Below, piece by piece: positions 41,842 through 52,590 of a stretch of DNA of 64,000 bases. The stretch is taken from contig MHKF01000013.1 in assembly GCA_001818315.1 (NCBI GenBank), positions 14,612 to 78,611 on the forward strand. The letters are read 5' to 3'. The position numbers and the translations under genes are program-made. Position 1 is the first letter of the stretch; every line of letters starts with the position of its first letter. The notes under the pieces were generated by a model. It made no database searches. It was not told the DNA's origin and was given only the letters and a program-made list of their open reading frames with translations. This DNA is from Candidatus Kerfeldbacteria bacterium RIFCSPLOWO2_02_FULL_42_19. GTDB lineage: Bacteria; Patescibacteriota; Patescibacteriia; HO2-48-17.

Positions 41842-43833
41842 TTACCGCTGCCTGAGTAAAAAGTTAATGCCTTTGGTTTGTTCATCTGCTTTTACCGTGA
41901 CTCCGGCTGCAGAAGAAGCATCTGATGCGTCGTTGTAATATTCTGTTTCGTATCCAGTACTTGCCACATATAGTTTATAGGTCCCCGCAGCCAGGCCATC
42001 CAAAATATAATATCCATTCTCATCCGTATACGCATAGTTCGATTTACCATACACCCTCACAGGGTATCCGGAAAGCGGCAGATTATTTGCTTCATCCCAA
42101 ACATATCCACTCACAGAACCTGCTAGTACAAGCTGCATATCCACTTGTCTTTGTTTACCGGCATCCAAAGTCTTCGTCACAATACGCTCTACATAATCAG
42201 TTGTCTGTACCCGAATCCGATATTTTCCTGCTTTCAACCCTTGCATCAGATAATATCCGTCGCTGTCCGTTGTTGTCGTTGTATACCCTTCGTCTTTTTC
42301 TGTATCGACAGAATATATCGTTACCGTCGCATTATCTACTGGCGCATTTTGAGAGGTCACGCGCCCAAATACCGCAGATGCCGTCTTTAAAGTATATTTT
42401 TTATCGGAAATGTTTGCATCAATCGTTACACTTTCCTTTTTCAAAACAATATACCCATCTTTCATAATTGTCAGTCGGTATTTTCCTAAAGCGATTTCAG
42501 AAAAATTAAAATTTCCGTTGCCATCGCTTGTTGCTTTTGCAACCCACGTATTCGTTCGAGGTGTATTCCGACTGTAAAGATACAGTGTCGCGTTATCGAG
42601 ACCCGCGTTATTTTTATCTCGGACTTGTCCACTGAAACTAAAACTTGAATCAAGACTAAAATTTCGACCCGATGTCGTTTCTCCAGACTTCACGACAATA
42701 TTGTACCGTTTTTCCGTCACAAACCCGGTTTTTGAAACCGTCAGTTTGTAACGCTTATTCGGACGCAAATTGGAAAAAGTATATGCGCCGTTATTGCCCG
42801 ACGTTGTGGTATATGTGTGTCCACTGCCATCATTAGCTGTCATCGTCGCATTAGCGATCGCGGTTGTTCCGTCATCTTCATATACAAATCCCGTGATGCT
42901 TCCACTTCGAGCTAGTGACACGTTACCTGCGCTCACCGTCGATTCGTCAGCGGTAATGCTTACGAGTCTTTTCTTCGCAATGTATCCGTTGGTACTTACT
43001 TCTAATGTATACGTGCCAACTGCCGTGCCATTGTAATCTGTAATATCAAAGACGGAGAGAGTAAAATCACCGTTTGCATCCGTTGTTGCTGTGTAGGTAT
43101 AGTAGGTTGAATTTTGATCCGACATCACAACTGTTGCGCCAGACAGTGGATTACTATTTTTATCCGTCACTTTCCCCGTTACACGACTTGCGCCTGTGAG
43201 TGTTACATTCTGCGTGTAGGTCTGTCCATCTTGTACGAGATTGATATCGTTGAGGATTTTTCCAAAATATCCTTGTCGGATCACATACATATCATACAAA
43301 CCTGTGGCTGTTCCTACGCCTGTGCCATAGGGAGTAGGCGCTACATAATACGAACCATCGGGTGTGCTTATTGAACCTCCAGAGCTGCGTATGGATCCAT
43401 CGACATTGTAGAGCGTCACACTCGCTTCATAGATCGGCGTCGTACCATTGGAAGCATACACATGACCCGTGAGCAGTGCGCGACGCGTCAAGGTAAAATT
43501 CACTCCAGTTTTATTTTCGCCGCTAGCGACCGTGACTGATTGTTCTGAAACAATAAACGTTGCTGTCGGTTCATCAGCGGTACTGCGGTAATTGTATACG
43601 GTATACGTACCGGCATTATCAACGGTAATAGAGTAGGCTCCGGCTGCATCGGTCGAATCGCCATCAGTCGTGCCGAGCGTTGCATCCTTCGCAAATATAA
43701 ACATGGTCGTGACTGGAGTTCCATCGGTGTGAGTGACGGTGCCTGAAATACTGATTGCGAGAACGTCGTGCCAGAAAAATATACCAACGAGGGTGAAAAA
43801 ACTAAAAAAAGTAGAAAGTAAAAATCTTTTCAT
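41842..43833 (-). CDS. Secreted carboxypeptidase-regulatory-like (Cna-B/prealbumin-fold) repeat protein
   Basis: Signal peptide; about seven repeats G.V.D..G.P..A.V...T.TD..G.Y...L..G.Y.L.V...GY. Start at MKRF. Confidence 0.88.
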   Translation of the reverse strand: MKRFLLSTFFSFFTLVGIFFWHDVLAISISGTVTHTDGTPVTTMFIFAKDATLGTTDGDSTDAAGAYSITVDNAGTYTVYNYRSTADEPTATFIVSEQSVTVASGENKTGVNFTLTRRALLTGHVYASNGTTPIYEASVTLYNVDGSIRSSGGSISTPDGSYYVAPTPYGTGVGTATGLYDMYVIRQGYFGKILNDINLVQDGQTYTQNVTLTGASRVTGKVTDKNSNPLSGATVVMSDQNSTYYTYTATTDANGDFTLSVFDITDYNGTAVGTYTLEVSTNGYIAKKRLVSITADESTVSAGNVSLARSGSITGFVYEDDGTTAIANATMTANDGSGHTYTTTSGNNGAYTFSNLRPNKRYKLTVSKTGFVTEKRYNIVVKSGETTSGRNFSLDSSFSFSGQVRDKNNAGLDNATLYLYSRNTPRTNTWVAKATSDGNGNFNFSEIALGKYRLTIMKDGYIVLKKESVTIDANISDKKYTLKTASAVFGRVTSQNAPVDNATVTIYSVDTEKDEGYTTTTTDSDGYYLMQGLKAGKYRIRVQTTDYVERIVTKTLDAGKQRQVDMQLVLAGSVSGYVWDEANNLPLSGYPVRVYGKSNYAYTDENGYYILDGLAAGTYKLYVASTGYETEYYNDASDASSAAGVTVKADEQTKGINFLLRQR

Positions 43834-43982
43834 ATGAACGCGCTTAATGATCTGAATGATAAAATACATCGAAAATTTAATAATGACACAAAATTTTATT
43901 TTTCTCTGGAGTTTACGTATACTAAAACTATAATCAGTATAATACTCTATGATGGAATTGCAAATCGGTGTAAAAGCGCTTT

Positions 43983-44479
43983 TTACACCGTCTCAAGAGG
44001 GCTACTTTTAAAAATAGTGTGATAATTTTTGAGGCAATTTTTAAGACACTGCCTATATGTTTCTTCGATATACTGATAACCTTCGTCTTTTAAGTGCTGC
44101 ACGACGATCGGACGAATCTTCGCAAGCATGCGATTCGAAAGTTTTGGAAAGAGGTGATGTTCAATGTGACACTCGATAAAGGCATTGCCGCCCATGCCTT
44201 GTTCCAGAAGCGCGATTCTACAAACGCATTGTGTCGTGTTTCGTGCGTTCCGGTGATTCCGATGCCGTAGTAGGCGTAGGAAATAATGATTATGCCAAAG
44301 ATTTTGAATAAGATTCCGGTTTGTGCAAATATAAGGAATCCGCTCGCAAAGAGCAGTATGCGTAGCAGAAGATATACAAATTCCATGCCGTGCCGTTGCC
44401 ACCAATTTTGAGTTTTTACGATATTGTGGACTTTTTCCGAAAGCGCTTCGAAATTTTTTTGTGAAAGCTGAATTTCCAT
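43983..44479 (-). pseudogene. Fatty acid desaturase pseudogene (internal deletion with frameshift)
   Basis: One frame has TMs and His box 1 (HETRH). Another frame has His box 3 (HIEHHLFP) and the C-terminus. The middle region with box 2 is missing. Confidence 0.82.
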
Positions 44480-44828
44480 AGTTCAAAAAAATGGAATCAG
44501 TAAACTTGCCTGTTAGAAACGCAAAATAACTTTTACCATATTCATATTATCAACTATACCGGTTGTATAATCAATATGCCAGTATTGACGCAATAGGGAA
44601 GAATTGCTACGTTAGGCATGCTGACGAAACATGCGGCAAGAGAGTTTTTTTTCTTCAATGAAATTGTTTCTTAATTTTGACATGCTCACATATTATTATT
44701 GCTGATGCCCACCAGCCGATATATACTATAATAAGTTGTTTTTACAATCGAAAAAGCAAACTTTTATAACCGTCGGCAGTGTCATGCTTTGCTGATTGCT
44801 CGCCGATAAATAATTTTGAATACTTTCT

Positions 44829-45608
44829 ATGAATAAACGCATCCTCTTTCTCCTTGCAGGTATTATTGTGATTGAGTTGATCGGCTTGTCTCTTGGTCTT
44901 ATCCGAATCAAACAGTCACAGAATCAAACGAACCAAGAAGCTGGCGGTAACTGCGGCGGGATCGCAGGTCTTGAATGTCCCGAAAATTATGTGTGCTATT
45001 ATCCCGAAGATGCGAATTTTCCAGATGCCATGGGCGAATGCATTCCTCAATACGTTGACAGAGGCAGTGTCAATACGGGTGTTTCCGACTGGCCAACATA
45101 TACGAACGAACAATACAACTTTTCTATTCAGTACCCCAATGATTGGGGCGTGACTACTTATTCACCAGTGGAAACTCATTTTACTCCTTTGAGTGGAGAA
45201 TCCATGAAGTTTATTGTTTTCGATTATAGTGACGCGCCAGCAACGGCTACTGAAATGACTGGCCTAGGTTTTACAAAACAAGAACTCGATCAGAAAAAAA
45301 CTGAAATTACAACGAATGCCGCTACACAAAATATCAATGATGCACCGGTTTACATGAGCGGTGCGTATGATAAATCAGCGGCTACGCTTATTCGGAAGGC
45401 TGAATTTTTTGTTGGTGATGATTATGTGCTTTTTACTATGCCAGTTATGAGCAATCTGCTACCAGATAGTAAGTATGTTGTTGATTTTGGATCGCCCGAA
45501 CAATTAGATGCAATGATTGCTCAGATTGAACGCGGAGAAGCAGGAAGTGATGCAACACAAAAAGTTGAAATGTTTGACGCAATGCTTCGCACATTGCAAG
45601 TGCAATAA
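44829..45608 (+). CDS. Membrane-anchored protein with Cys-rich CGGIAG motif and PsbP-like domain
   Basis: TM, CGGIAGLECPENYVC...GEC, W.TYTNEQYNFSIQYPNDW, FDAMLRTL. Confidence 0.75.
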   Translation: MNKRILFLLAGIIVIELIGLSLGLIRIKQSQNQTNQEAGGNCGGIAGLECPENYVCYYPEDANFPDAMGECIPQYVDRGSVNTGVSDWPTYTNEQYNFSIQYPNDWGVTTYSPVETHFTPLSGESMKFIVFDYSDAPATATEMTGLGFTKQELDQKKTEITTNAATQNINDAPVYMSGAYDKSAATLIRKAEFFVGDDYVLFTMPVMSNLLPDSKYVVDFGSPEQLDAMIAQIERGEAGSDATQKVEMFDAMLRTLQVQ

Positions 45609-45864
45609 TCCACTACAATGAATCAACTATGATAGATTTTGACCGATCGTTTCAATTTCAAAGTGTACAAAATCTCCCTTTTCAATATGCCATGCTTTCG
45701 TAAAGCCCCATCCGTTCCATTTCCAAATAGCAACATGTTTCGTCACATCATGGCCTTTGTGAATAATCTCCTTCGATGACGATAAGGTCATTTTTTCCGT
45801 CATTATCAATATCCGCGATACTCAATTATTCAAATAAAGGTCTATTTTTTACATTTCACATTCT

Positions 45865-47094
45865 TTACCCCAATAAATACACGGGGTGAATATTTTCTCC
45901 TTTTATTTTATTTTCTTTATCAGCGTAACTTAACAGCACATCTATCTTTGGGTATGTTTTTTTGAAATGCTTCATGCTTTTTGTTTCTGTTTTGTTCAGA
46001 TACTTTTTTGTTTCTATAGCTACCATTTTTTCATCGCCAAGATTTATCACAAAATCCATTTCATTTTTCTGCTTATCACGCCAGAAGTTGAATGCTTTAT
46101 GGGCTTTTATCAACTCCATCGCGAGACCATTTTCTAATACTGCGCCGCTATCATTTCTGTTTGAAAGTTTTCGAAAATCCTTTGCAATCACGTTACGAAG
46201 GCCTGTATCAAAAAAATAGACCTTGGGATTTTTGATGATTTCTTTTCTTCTGTTGCTGAAGAACGGGCGAATGAATCGACAGATATATGTTTTTTCTAAC
46301 AAATTGAGATATCTTTTGAGCGCCTGATAAGGAAACTCTGATAGTCGCGAGAGTTCCTGGTATTCGATGAGATCACCAATCTGCAGAGCAAGTGCTTTCA
46401 TGAGATTCTGTAATTTATAGTCATCGATTAAGCCTACAATATCGCGCACTTCTCTTAAGAAGTAGGTGTTCATGATATTGGTAAGGATGGTTTTTTTTAT
46501 TTCAGGATTTGATGCAAGGACGACTTCCGGATATCCACCAAATATGAGATATTCTTCATAGAATCTTGAGAAAATTTTATGAATTTCATCTGAAGGGTCT
46601 TTTATATTTTCTCTATCAGCGAGTCTATTTTTTTTATATTCTTCATATACTCCCAGATAGTCGGGATTCCGTGCGCGCAGGAATTCTTCAAAATTAAATG
46701 GAAAGAGTTCCAAGATGAACACCCTGCCTACAAGATATTTCACAGCTCGAATAGTAATGTCTATTGCACTTGATCCTGAAATAATGATTTTAATTTTTTC
46801 GGTATCGTAAATATATTTGAGAATTCGCCCACCCTCTTTTGCATACTGAAATTCATCGATAAAGAGAATTTTTTTTCCTTTCACGTGAACACTGATGAAT
46901 GTGTCGGGATCTTTTTCGAATGTGTTCAGAACCTCTCTATCATCAAAGGAGAGGGTATGAACACTTTCTTGGTCCTTGAGGATATGTTGGATCATTGTAC
47001 TTTTTCCTGATCGTCGTGGACCTACAATGGCAAGAATCTCAGGTGCGTGGAGATATTGAAAAATGTTATGTTCTAAATTACGCTGAATATACAT
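45865..47094 (-). CDS. AAA+ ATP-binding protein (AAA_14 + DUF4143)
   Basis: GPRRSGKST, FIDEFQ, SGSS, GGYPE, PKVYFFDTG, LEN, EMDFV..AIETK. Confidence 0.93.
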   Translation of the reverse strand: MYIQRNLEHNIFQYLHAPEILAIVGPRRSGKSTMIQHILKDQESVHTLSFDDREVLNTFEKDPDTFISVHVKGKKILFIDEFQYAKEGGRILKYIYDTEKIKIIISGSSAIDITIRAVKYLVGRVFILELFPFNFEEFLRARNPDYLGVYEEYKKNRLADRENIKDPSDEIHKIFSRFYEEYLIFGGYPEVVLASNPEIKKTILTNIMNTYFLREVRDIVGLIDDYKLQNLMKALALQIGDLIEYQELSRLSEFPYQALKRYLNLLEKTYICRFIRPFFSNRRKEIIKNPKVYFFDTGLRNVIAKDFRKLSNRNDSGAVLENGLAMELIKAHKAFNFWRDKQKNEMDFVINLGDEKMVAIETKKYLNKTETKSMKHFKKTYPKIDVLLSYADKENKIKGENIHPVYLLG

Positions 47095-47227
47095 ATATTT
47101 TTAGAATTTCTTCTAAAATTATTTTCATTGTAATTTTAGTTCTAACTAGAATTTTTGTCAAGAGAATTTTAGTTAGTACACAAAAATTTCATTTAAGATG
47201 AGAGCTTTTAGCCATGTCTCTTTGTTG

Positions 47228-47301
47228 TCGGGGATGTGGGACTTGAACCCACGACCTCCTGCTCCCAAAGCAGGCGCGCTAGCCAGCTGCGCCAATCCCC
47301 G
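47228..47301 (-). tRNA. tRNA-Pro(TGG)
   Basis: CGGGGAT/ATCCCCG acceptor, CCTGC-TTTGGGA-GCAGG arm. Confidence 0.95.
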
Positions 47302-47709
47302 TCAAAATCAACTGGATTGAAAAAGTATAACATTTTTTCTCGTCTTCCTGAAGTTTTTTAAAAAACCCTTTATTTTCGCTTAAAAAATTGTTTGTTGGTT
47401 CCATAATGAGAGGAGAGTATTTTAATATTGTCGAATAAAACTTGACAATTTTTTTATCTTTAATAAAATGAAAATAGAATATGTACGTTTACACAAATTG
47501 ACAAAATTGAGCTAGTCCCTACGCGGCCCAAATTTTCAGAACTCTTTAGTGAGCTTGTGATCTCACAAATCTCTTTCATCATGTACCTTTTCATTCAGAG
47601 ATCACCAACTCCCTGAAGGGTTCGCTAGCAGTCCGAAAAGGTCGCTGAAGGTCTCGTCACCCTTCAGGCTTAAGAATCCTTCAGCACCTCAACCGTTAAC
47701 TTCACAGCT

Positions 47710-47925
47710 ATGATGTACCCCACAAAGTACACAAAAGGCAATAAGAAGTACGGGAGGAGCCTAGGATCTGCGGCTCTCAGCATCATGCTGATAGCAGGGA
47801 TTCTGGCCGGGCTACTGGCAGGGGAGGGCGATTACGATCACACGGAGGTGGAGCCTCTCCGAGTGATGTACCTTTTAAACCAGGCGCAACACAACATGCG
47901 CCGAACGGAGGTGTTACAATGCTAA
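47710..47925 (+). CDS. Small single-TM hypothetical protein
   Basis: 71 aa, basic N-terminus then hydrophobic helix. No family recognised. Confidence 0.4.
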   Translation: MMYPTKYTKGNKKYGRSLGSAALSIMLIAGILAGLLAGEGDYDHTEVEPLRVMYLLNQAQHNMRRTEVLQC

Positions 47926-48125
47926 CGCATTGCTACACAAGGCCAGAAAGCATTCGCTTTCTGGCCTTTTCACATACATACAAAACTTGCATTTTTTACA
48001 AAAGACAAGTAAGTTCGAAGTGCTTGAAACATGCTTACCGAAAAAAGACAGAGGAAAGAGCAACAGAAAATTCCGAAAAACACACAAGATGCTTTCGGAA
48101 TCAAGCAACATAGAAAGGAGAAGTG

Positions 48126-48692
48126 ATGAAAAAGAGAGATTGGCACCTTATTATTCTGTTTACCGCGAGCTTGCTGCTTGGGATACTCATCGGCATGACA
48201 CTCGCCACCGTGAAAAGCTCCGCAGCAGACAACGAAGTAGAGCATTTGAAAGCGGCGCGCAGTGCTGGAGATGGTGAATCACAAATCAGTTGGAGTTGTA
48301 CGGTTGGAAATGTTGAGTTGAAAATCACCCCCAGCACGATCAAGTTCGTCAACCGACAAGCGCTCAATGTCTGGGTTCACATCTTTCTCAAAACAGGGGA
48401 CAAAGACGACAACTGGGCTTTGATCGCCAAGTTCCATCTTGGTAACCCAATGCAGAAGACTCGTATTGGATCGTTGGGAAACCCACAGCAGTTCGTGCAA
48501 CTCGATCAAGTGATCGGGTTACGGAAACTTGCGTCCGGCGATGTGCTGTGGATTCAAGTAGAAACGTTTGAGCAGAAAACTCAAAAGCTGTTCAAACGAA
48601 TTTTGCCCTCGGAACCGCGCACAAAGCGGGAGAAGCCAACTGATGCTACGAGTACCAGCTTTCTTGGGAATGCGCAGACAGCTTTGGAATAG
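48126..48692 (+). CDS. Secreted or membrane-anchored hypothetical protein
   Basis: AAGGAG RBS, MKKR plus hydrophobic helix, beta-rich body. Confidence 0.6.
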   Translation: MKKRDWHLIILFTASLLLGILIGMTLATVKSSAADNEVEHLKAARSAGDGESQISWSCTVGNVELKITPSTIKFVNRQALNVWVHIFLKTGDKDDNWALIAKFHLGNPMQKTRIGSLGNPQQFVQLDQVIGLRKLASGDVLWIQVETFEQKTQKLFKRILPSEPRTKREKPTDATSTSFLGNAQTALE

Positions 48693-48863
48693 GTACTTCA
48701 ACATCCTACTCTCTCGAGAGAATTCGCCCTGCTCCTGAAAGTTAAAGTTCACTGGACTTTCTTTTTCCTACTCGAAAGAGTATCGAGTAATCGAGATGAC
48801 ATAGCTCTGAGGAGGCTATAAAAATCCATCATCTCTTTTACTCAGATGCTCTTTTTTCTTTTC

Positions 48864-48912
48864 TTGCATTTTTCATAATCATTCGATATAATCCTAGTAC
48901 AGAACTAGGATT
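48864..48912 (+). promoter_or_regulatory. suf operon promoter with overlapping palindromic operator
   Basis: TTGCAT-17 bp-TATAAT, overlapped by AATCCTAGT-N5-ACTAGGATT directly before the rrf2 ATG. Confidence 0.75.
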
Positions 48913-48915
48913 TAT

Positions 48916-49359
48916 ATGCGTACGTCACTCAAAATTTCAGAGCGACTCCACTATGCGTTTTTACTGATGACCGCTCTTGCAAGTGTGCATGAACGCAATA
49001 TTTGGTTGAATCTCAATCAAATAGCCGAGTACTTTCGACTGTCGCAAGGCTACCTCGAAGAAATCGTCGCGCCGCTCCGTAAACACAAACTTGTGAAAAG
49101 CAGGCGGGGTGGCAAAGGAGGTTATCGACTCGCCAAAGCACCGCAACGTATTGATTATCAAAGTATCGTGCGCGCTATTGAAGGACCGACTGAAATTATG
49201 CAGTGCGAAAGTTGTTTCCTTCACTTGGATTGTATTACTGAACCTGTGTGGCAGGAAATGCAAAACATGATTGCCACCTATCTCAGTAAAAAAACACTCC
49301 GTGACACACTTGCACACCCAAAGTATTCCAGTATTGCGAAAATTTTTCTGCCTTCATAA
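48916..49359 (+). CDS. Rrf2 family regulator (IscR-like, three Cys)
   Basis: YLEEI..PL....LVKS.RG.KGGYRLAK.P, CESC...C. Confidence 0.93.
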   Translation: MRTSLKISERLHYAFLLMTALASVHERNIWLNLNQIAEYFRLSQGYLEEIVAPLRKHKLVKSRRGGKGGYRLAKAPQRIDYQSIVRAIEGPTEIMQCESCFLHLDCITEPVWQEMQNMIATYLSKKTLRDTLAHPKYSSIAKIFLPS

Positions 49360-49377
49360 TTTTTATCTCTTATTTTC

Positions 49378-50154
49378 ATGACACCTCTTCTCAATATACG
49401 TAATCTTGAAGTCACGTCGGATCGCAAAAAAATCATTCAACAATGTTCCCTGCATATCCGCAAGGGAGAAGTGCACATTATTATGGGACCAAACGGTTCG
49501 GGAAAATCAACCCTCTGTCACACGATTATGGGGCACCCACAATACCGTGTCACTCGAGGCTCGATGAAATTCAATGATGTGAATCTTCAAAAACTTTCAC
49601 CAACAGAGCGTGCAAAACTCGGCCTCTTCCTTGCATTTCAGTATCCTCAAGCTCTTCCCGGTGTAAGTCTTGGGCAAGTGATGCGAGCTACTGCTCACAG
49701 TATGCCGCTTCCCAAATTGAAACAAGCACTCCAAAACGCTCTTCAGAGTATGCAACTTGCGGAAGAATTTGCGACTCGATCACTCAATGAACATGCGTCC
49801 GGTGGAGAAAAAAAACGTTTAGAAATGGTGCAACTCATGCTTTTGAAACCGAAACTTGCGATTCTCGACGAAATTGATTCCGGTATTGACATCGACGCGC
49901 TTAAACTCATTACACAAGCAATTAACGAACAACGCGCTCAACAGAAAACAAGTTTTCTCATTATCACTCACTATCCGCGATTGTTGCAACATCTCACGCC
50001 AGATCGTGTGCACATTATGATGCACGGACGCATTGTTCATAGTGGCGATAGCACGCTCGGAAAGCAACTGGAACAAGAAGGTTATGCTGCATTCGAATAT
50101 ACACACAAACTCACTCGAACTCTCCGAAAGAAACAGACTACGCAACGCGACTGA
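49378..50154 (+). CDS. sufC: Fe-S assembly ATPase SufC
   Basis: [41 protein letters not shown]. Confidence 0.96.
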   Translation: MTPLLNIRNLEVTSDRKKIIQQCSLHIRKGEVHIIMGPNGSGKSTLCHTIMGHPQYRVTRGSMKFNDVNLQKLSPTERAKLGLFLAFQYPQALPGVSLGQVMRATAHSMPLPKLKQALQNALQSMQLAEEFATRSLNEHASGGEKKRLEMVQLMLLKPKLAILDEIDSGIDIDALKLITQAINEQRAQQKTSFLIITHYPRLLQHLTPDRVHIMMHGRIVHSGDSTLGKQLEQEGYAAFEYTHKLTRTLRKKQTTQRD

Positions 50155-50167
50155 TTCATTTCACCCT

Positions 50168-51580
50168 ATGTCGAAAACGAAACCTCATACAATACAACAC
50201 CCTCAAGAAAATTACACGGCTGGATTTCGCATGCCGGAACGTGCGGTTTTTAAAGCTCGCAAGGGACTGAACGAAAAAATCATTCAACAGATTTCACAGC
50301 ATAAACAGGAACCGCAATGGATGCGCGAGTTTCGTTTGCAAGCGTATGCTCTTTTTCAAAAGAAACCCATGCCACGTTGGGGCGCGGATCTTTCGGCGAT
50401 TGATTTTAGCGACATTTATTATTACCTCAAACCTACACGGCAGTCCGAAAAACGCTGGGAAGATGTGCCTTCTGAAATCAAAACAACGTTTGATCGTTTA
50501 GGAATTCCACAAGCGGAACGAAAATACTTAGCTGGCGTTGGTGCGCAGTATGAATCTGAGGTTGTGTATCATAGCTTACAAAAACACCTTGAAAAAAAGG
50601 GTGTGATTTTTGTGGATACGGATACGGGTTTGCGGAAGTATTCGAAAATTTTCAAAAAATATTTCGGTACTGTTGTGCCGCCAGGGGATAACAAATTTGC
50701 TGCGCTCAATTCCGCTGTGTGGTCTGGAGGAAGTTTCTTGTATGTTCCGCAAGGGGTCCACGTGGACTTGCCGCTGCAAGCGTACTTTCGCATCAACGCA
50801 GAAAAAATGGGTCAGTTCGAGCGGACGCTCATCATCGCAGAAGAGGGGAGTTCCGTGCACTATGTAGAGGGTTGTACGGCTTCAACCTACAGCTCTGGAT
50901 CACTCCATAGTGCGGTCGTTGAAATCATCGTTAAGCGTGGCGCACACGTACGGTACACGACGATCCAAAATTGGGCGAAGAATGTTTATAATCTCGTCAC
51001 GAAACGTGCGGTGGCGTATCAAGATGCTGTTATGGAATGGGTGGACGGCAATCTTGGTAGTTTTAAAACTATGAAGTACCCGTCAGTGTATCTTATGGAA
51101 CCGGGCGCGCGAGCGGAAATTCTTTCTCTTGCTTTTGCTGCTGACGGACAACATCAAGACGCGGGCGGCAAAGTCATTCATGTTGCGCCTCATACGAGTT
51201 CACGCATCATTTCAAAATCAATCAGTAAAGGAACTGGACGTACGAGTTATCGAGGCTTATTGAAGGTCCATCGCGGCGCGACCGATGTAAAATCTCGTGT
51301 TGTATGTGATGCGTTGATGTTTGGAAAATATGCACGATCCGATACCTATCCGACAATAAAAATCGACGAGCTGCAAACGCAGATTGAACACGAAGCAAGT
51401 GTGAGTAAAATCCGGGACGAACAATTATTTTATTTGACGAGTCGCGGGGTGACTGAAGATGAAGCGCGCGGTTTGATTGTCAACGGTTTCATCGAGCCGA
51501 TCGTAAAGGAACTGCCGATGGAATACGCAGTCGAACTCAACCGACTTATTGAAATGGAAATGGAGGGCTCGGTAGGCTAG
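50168..51580 (+). CDS. sufB: Fe-S assembly protein SufB
   Basis: [43 protein letters not shown]. Start at MSKT. Confidence 0.97.
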   Translation: MSKTKPHTIQHPQENYTAGFRMPERAVFKARKGLNEKIIQQISQHKQEPQWMREFRLQAYALFQKKPMPRWGADLSAIDFSDIYYYLKPTRQSEKRWEDVPSEIKTTFDRLGIPQAERKYLAGVGAQYESEVVYHSLQKHLEKKGVIFVDTDTGLRKYSKIFKKYFGTVVPPGDNKFAALNSAVWSGGSFLYVPQGVHVDLPLQAYFRINAEKMGQFERTLIIAEEGSSVHYVEGCTASTYSSGSLHSAVVEIIVKRGAHVRYTTIQNWAKNVYNLVTKRAVAYQDAVMEWVDGNLGSFKTMKYPSVYLMEPGARAEILSLAFAADGQHQDAGGKVIHVAPHTSSRIISKSISKGTGRTSYRGLLKVHRGATDVKSRVVCDALMFGKYARSDTYPTIKIDELQTQIEHEASVSKIRDEQLFYLTSRGVTEDEARGLIVNGFIEPIVKELPMEYAVELNRLIEMEMEGSVG

Positions 51581-51617
51581 CGGTGAATAATGAATAAATG
51601 ACAACAGATATACTTTC

Positions 51618-52244
51618 ATGCAATTGAACGGAACAAAAATTATCATACGCAAAGAAAGTCGGTCAGAGTGTTTCCACCTTACTTCTGGCGAATCTTTACT
51701 CTACGTTGTTTTTTATACGCCACGAACGCAAACACAGAAGATAGAATTTTGTCTTGAAGGCCTAGGTGCGAACGTGACGATTATTGGTTGGGATATACAT
51801 ACGCAAGGCAAGACACAGATTCAGCATCATGTGAGTCACCGAGCTCCGGATACAGTGAGCCGAACCTACGTGCGTTCACTCATCGGCGGTGCGGCAGAGA
51901 GTGTGTTTCATGGACTCATTCACATACAGAAAAAAGCGCATGGGAGCGATGGAATTTTTGTGCATAACACTCTGCTTGCTTCTCATCGAGCGCGAGGCAG
52001 AGCAGAGCCAACCCTTGAAATCGAAACAAGCGATGTCGTACAAGTGAAGCACGCGGCAACTGTTTCGACATTTGACGCAGAACAGCTGTATTATCTCGCG
52101 AGTCGCGGCCTACACGAAATCGATGTGAAGAAACTCCTTATGGAAGGATTTGCAGAAGAGTTATTGCAACATCTGCCAACTGAAGTGTGCAAGCAGATTC
52201 GCCCGCTCATCGACAAAAAACTTCAAGGGATTATCGCCGAGTAG
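51618..52244 (+). CDS. sufD: Short SufD-like protein
   Basis: H.AP.T.S, F.GLI.I, P.LEI..DV..KHAATV, EQLYYLASRGL. Confidence 0.85.
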   Translation: MQLNGTKIIIRKESRSECFHLTSGESLLYVVFYTPRTQTQKIEFCLEGLGANVTIIGWDIHTQGKTQIQHHVSHRAPDTVSRTYVRSLIGGAAESVFHGLIHIQKKAHGSDGIFVHNTLLASHRARGRAEPTLEIETSDVVQVKHAATVSTFDAEQLYYLASRGLHEIDVKKLLMEGFAEELLQHLPTEVCKQIRPLIDKKLQGIIAE

Positions 52245-52360
52245 ACTTTCGCTTGTAAGAGACGAGTTTTGATCATACACATAGAAGAAGGAAGATTGTG
52301 CTTTCGAAACACACTGTGCAGTGTTAGTGCCTCGACAGTGATAATCCTCCTCGTATGACT
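52227..52360. mobile_element. Degenerate MITE copy overlapping the sufD stop
   Basis: GGGATTATCGCCGAGTAGACTTTCG end and CTTTCGAAACACACTGTGCAGTGTTAGTGC core. Confidence 0.65.
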
Positions 52361-52590
52361 TGCTCATAAAACGTATCGTCACTCAAAAATCGAAAAGGGC
52401 TATAACCAACAGGTCAGCCCTTTCCACAATGTGCGGTTTTTTTAACCGCTGCTCTGCACCCTGCAGAGCGCGTACCCCCGAAGGAGTCTGAAGGAATTCA
52501 TGTCTCATCCTCAGGACTTTCGCACGATTTATGCGTCTATCCCTCGGCTGAGTTTATGTTAGTCTACTCACAACCAACCTGCAAGTGGCG

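Noticed and set aside
45627-45809. 60-aa ORF ending GDFVHFEIETIG, resembling a fumarylacetoacetate-hydrolase C-terminus
   Set aside because: Similarity is too short to call. Left as a possible fragment.
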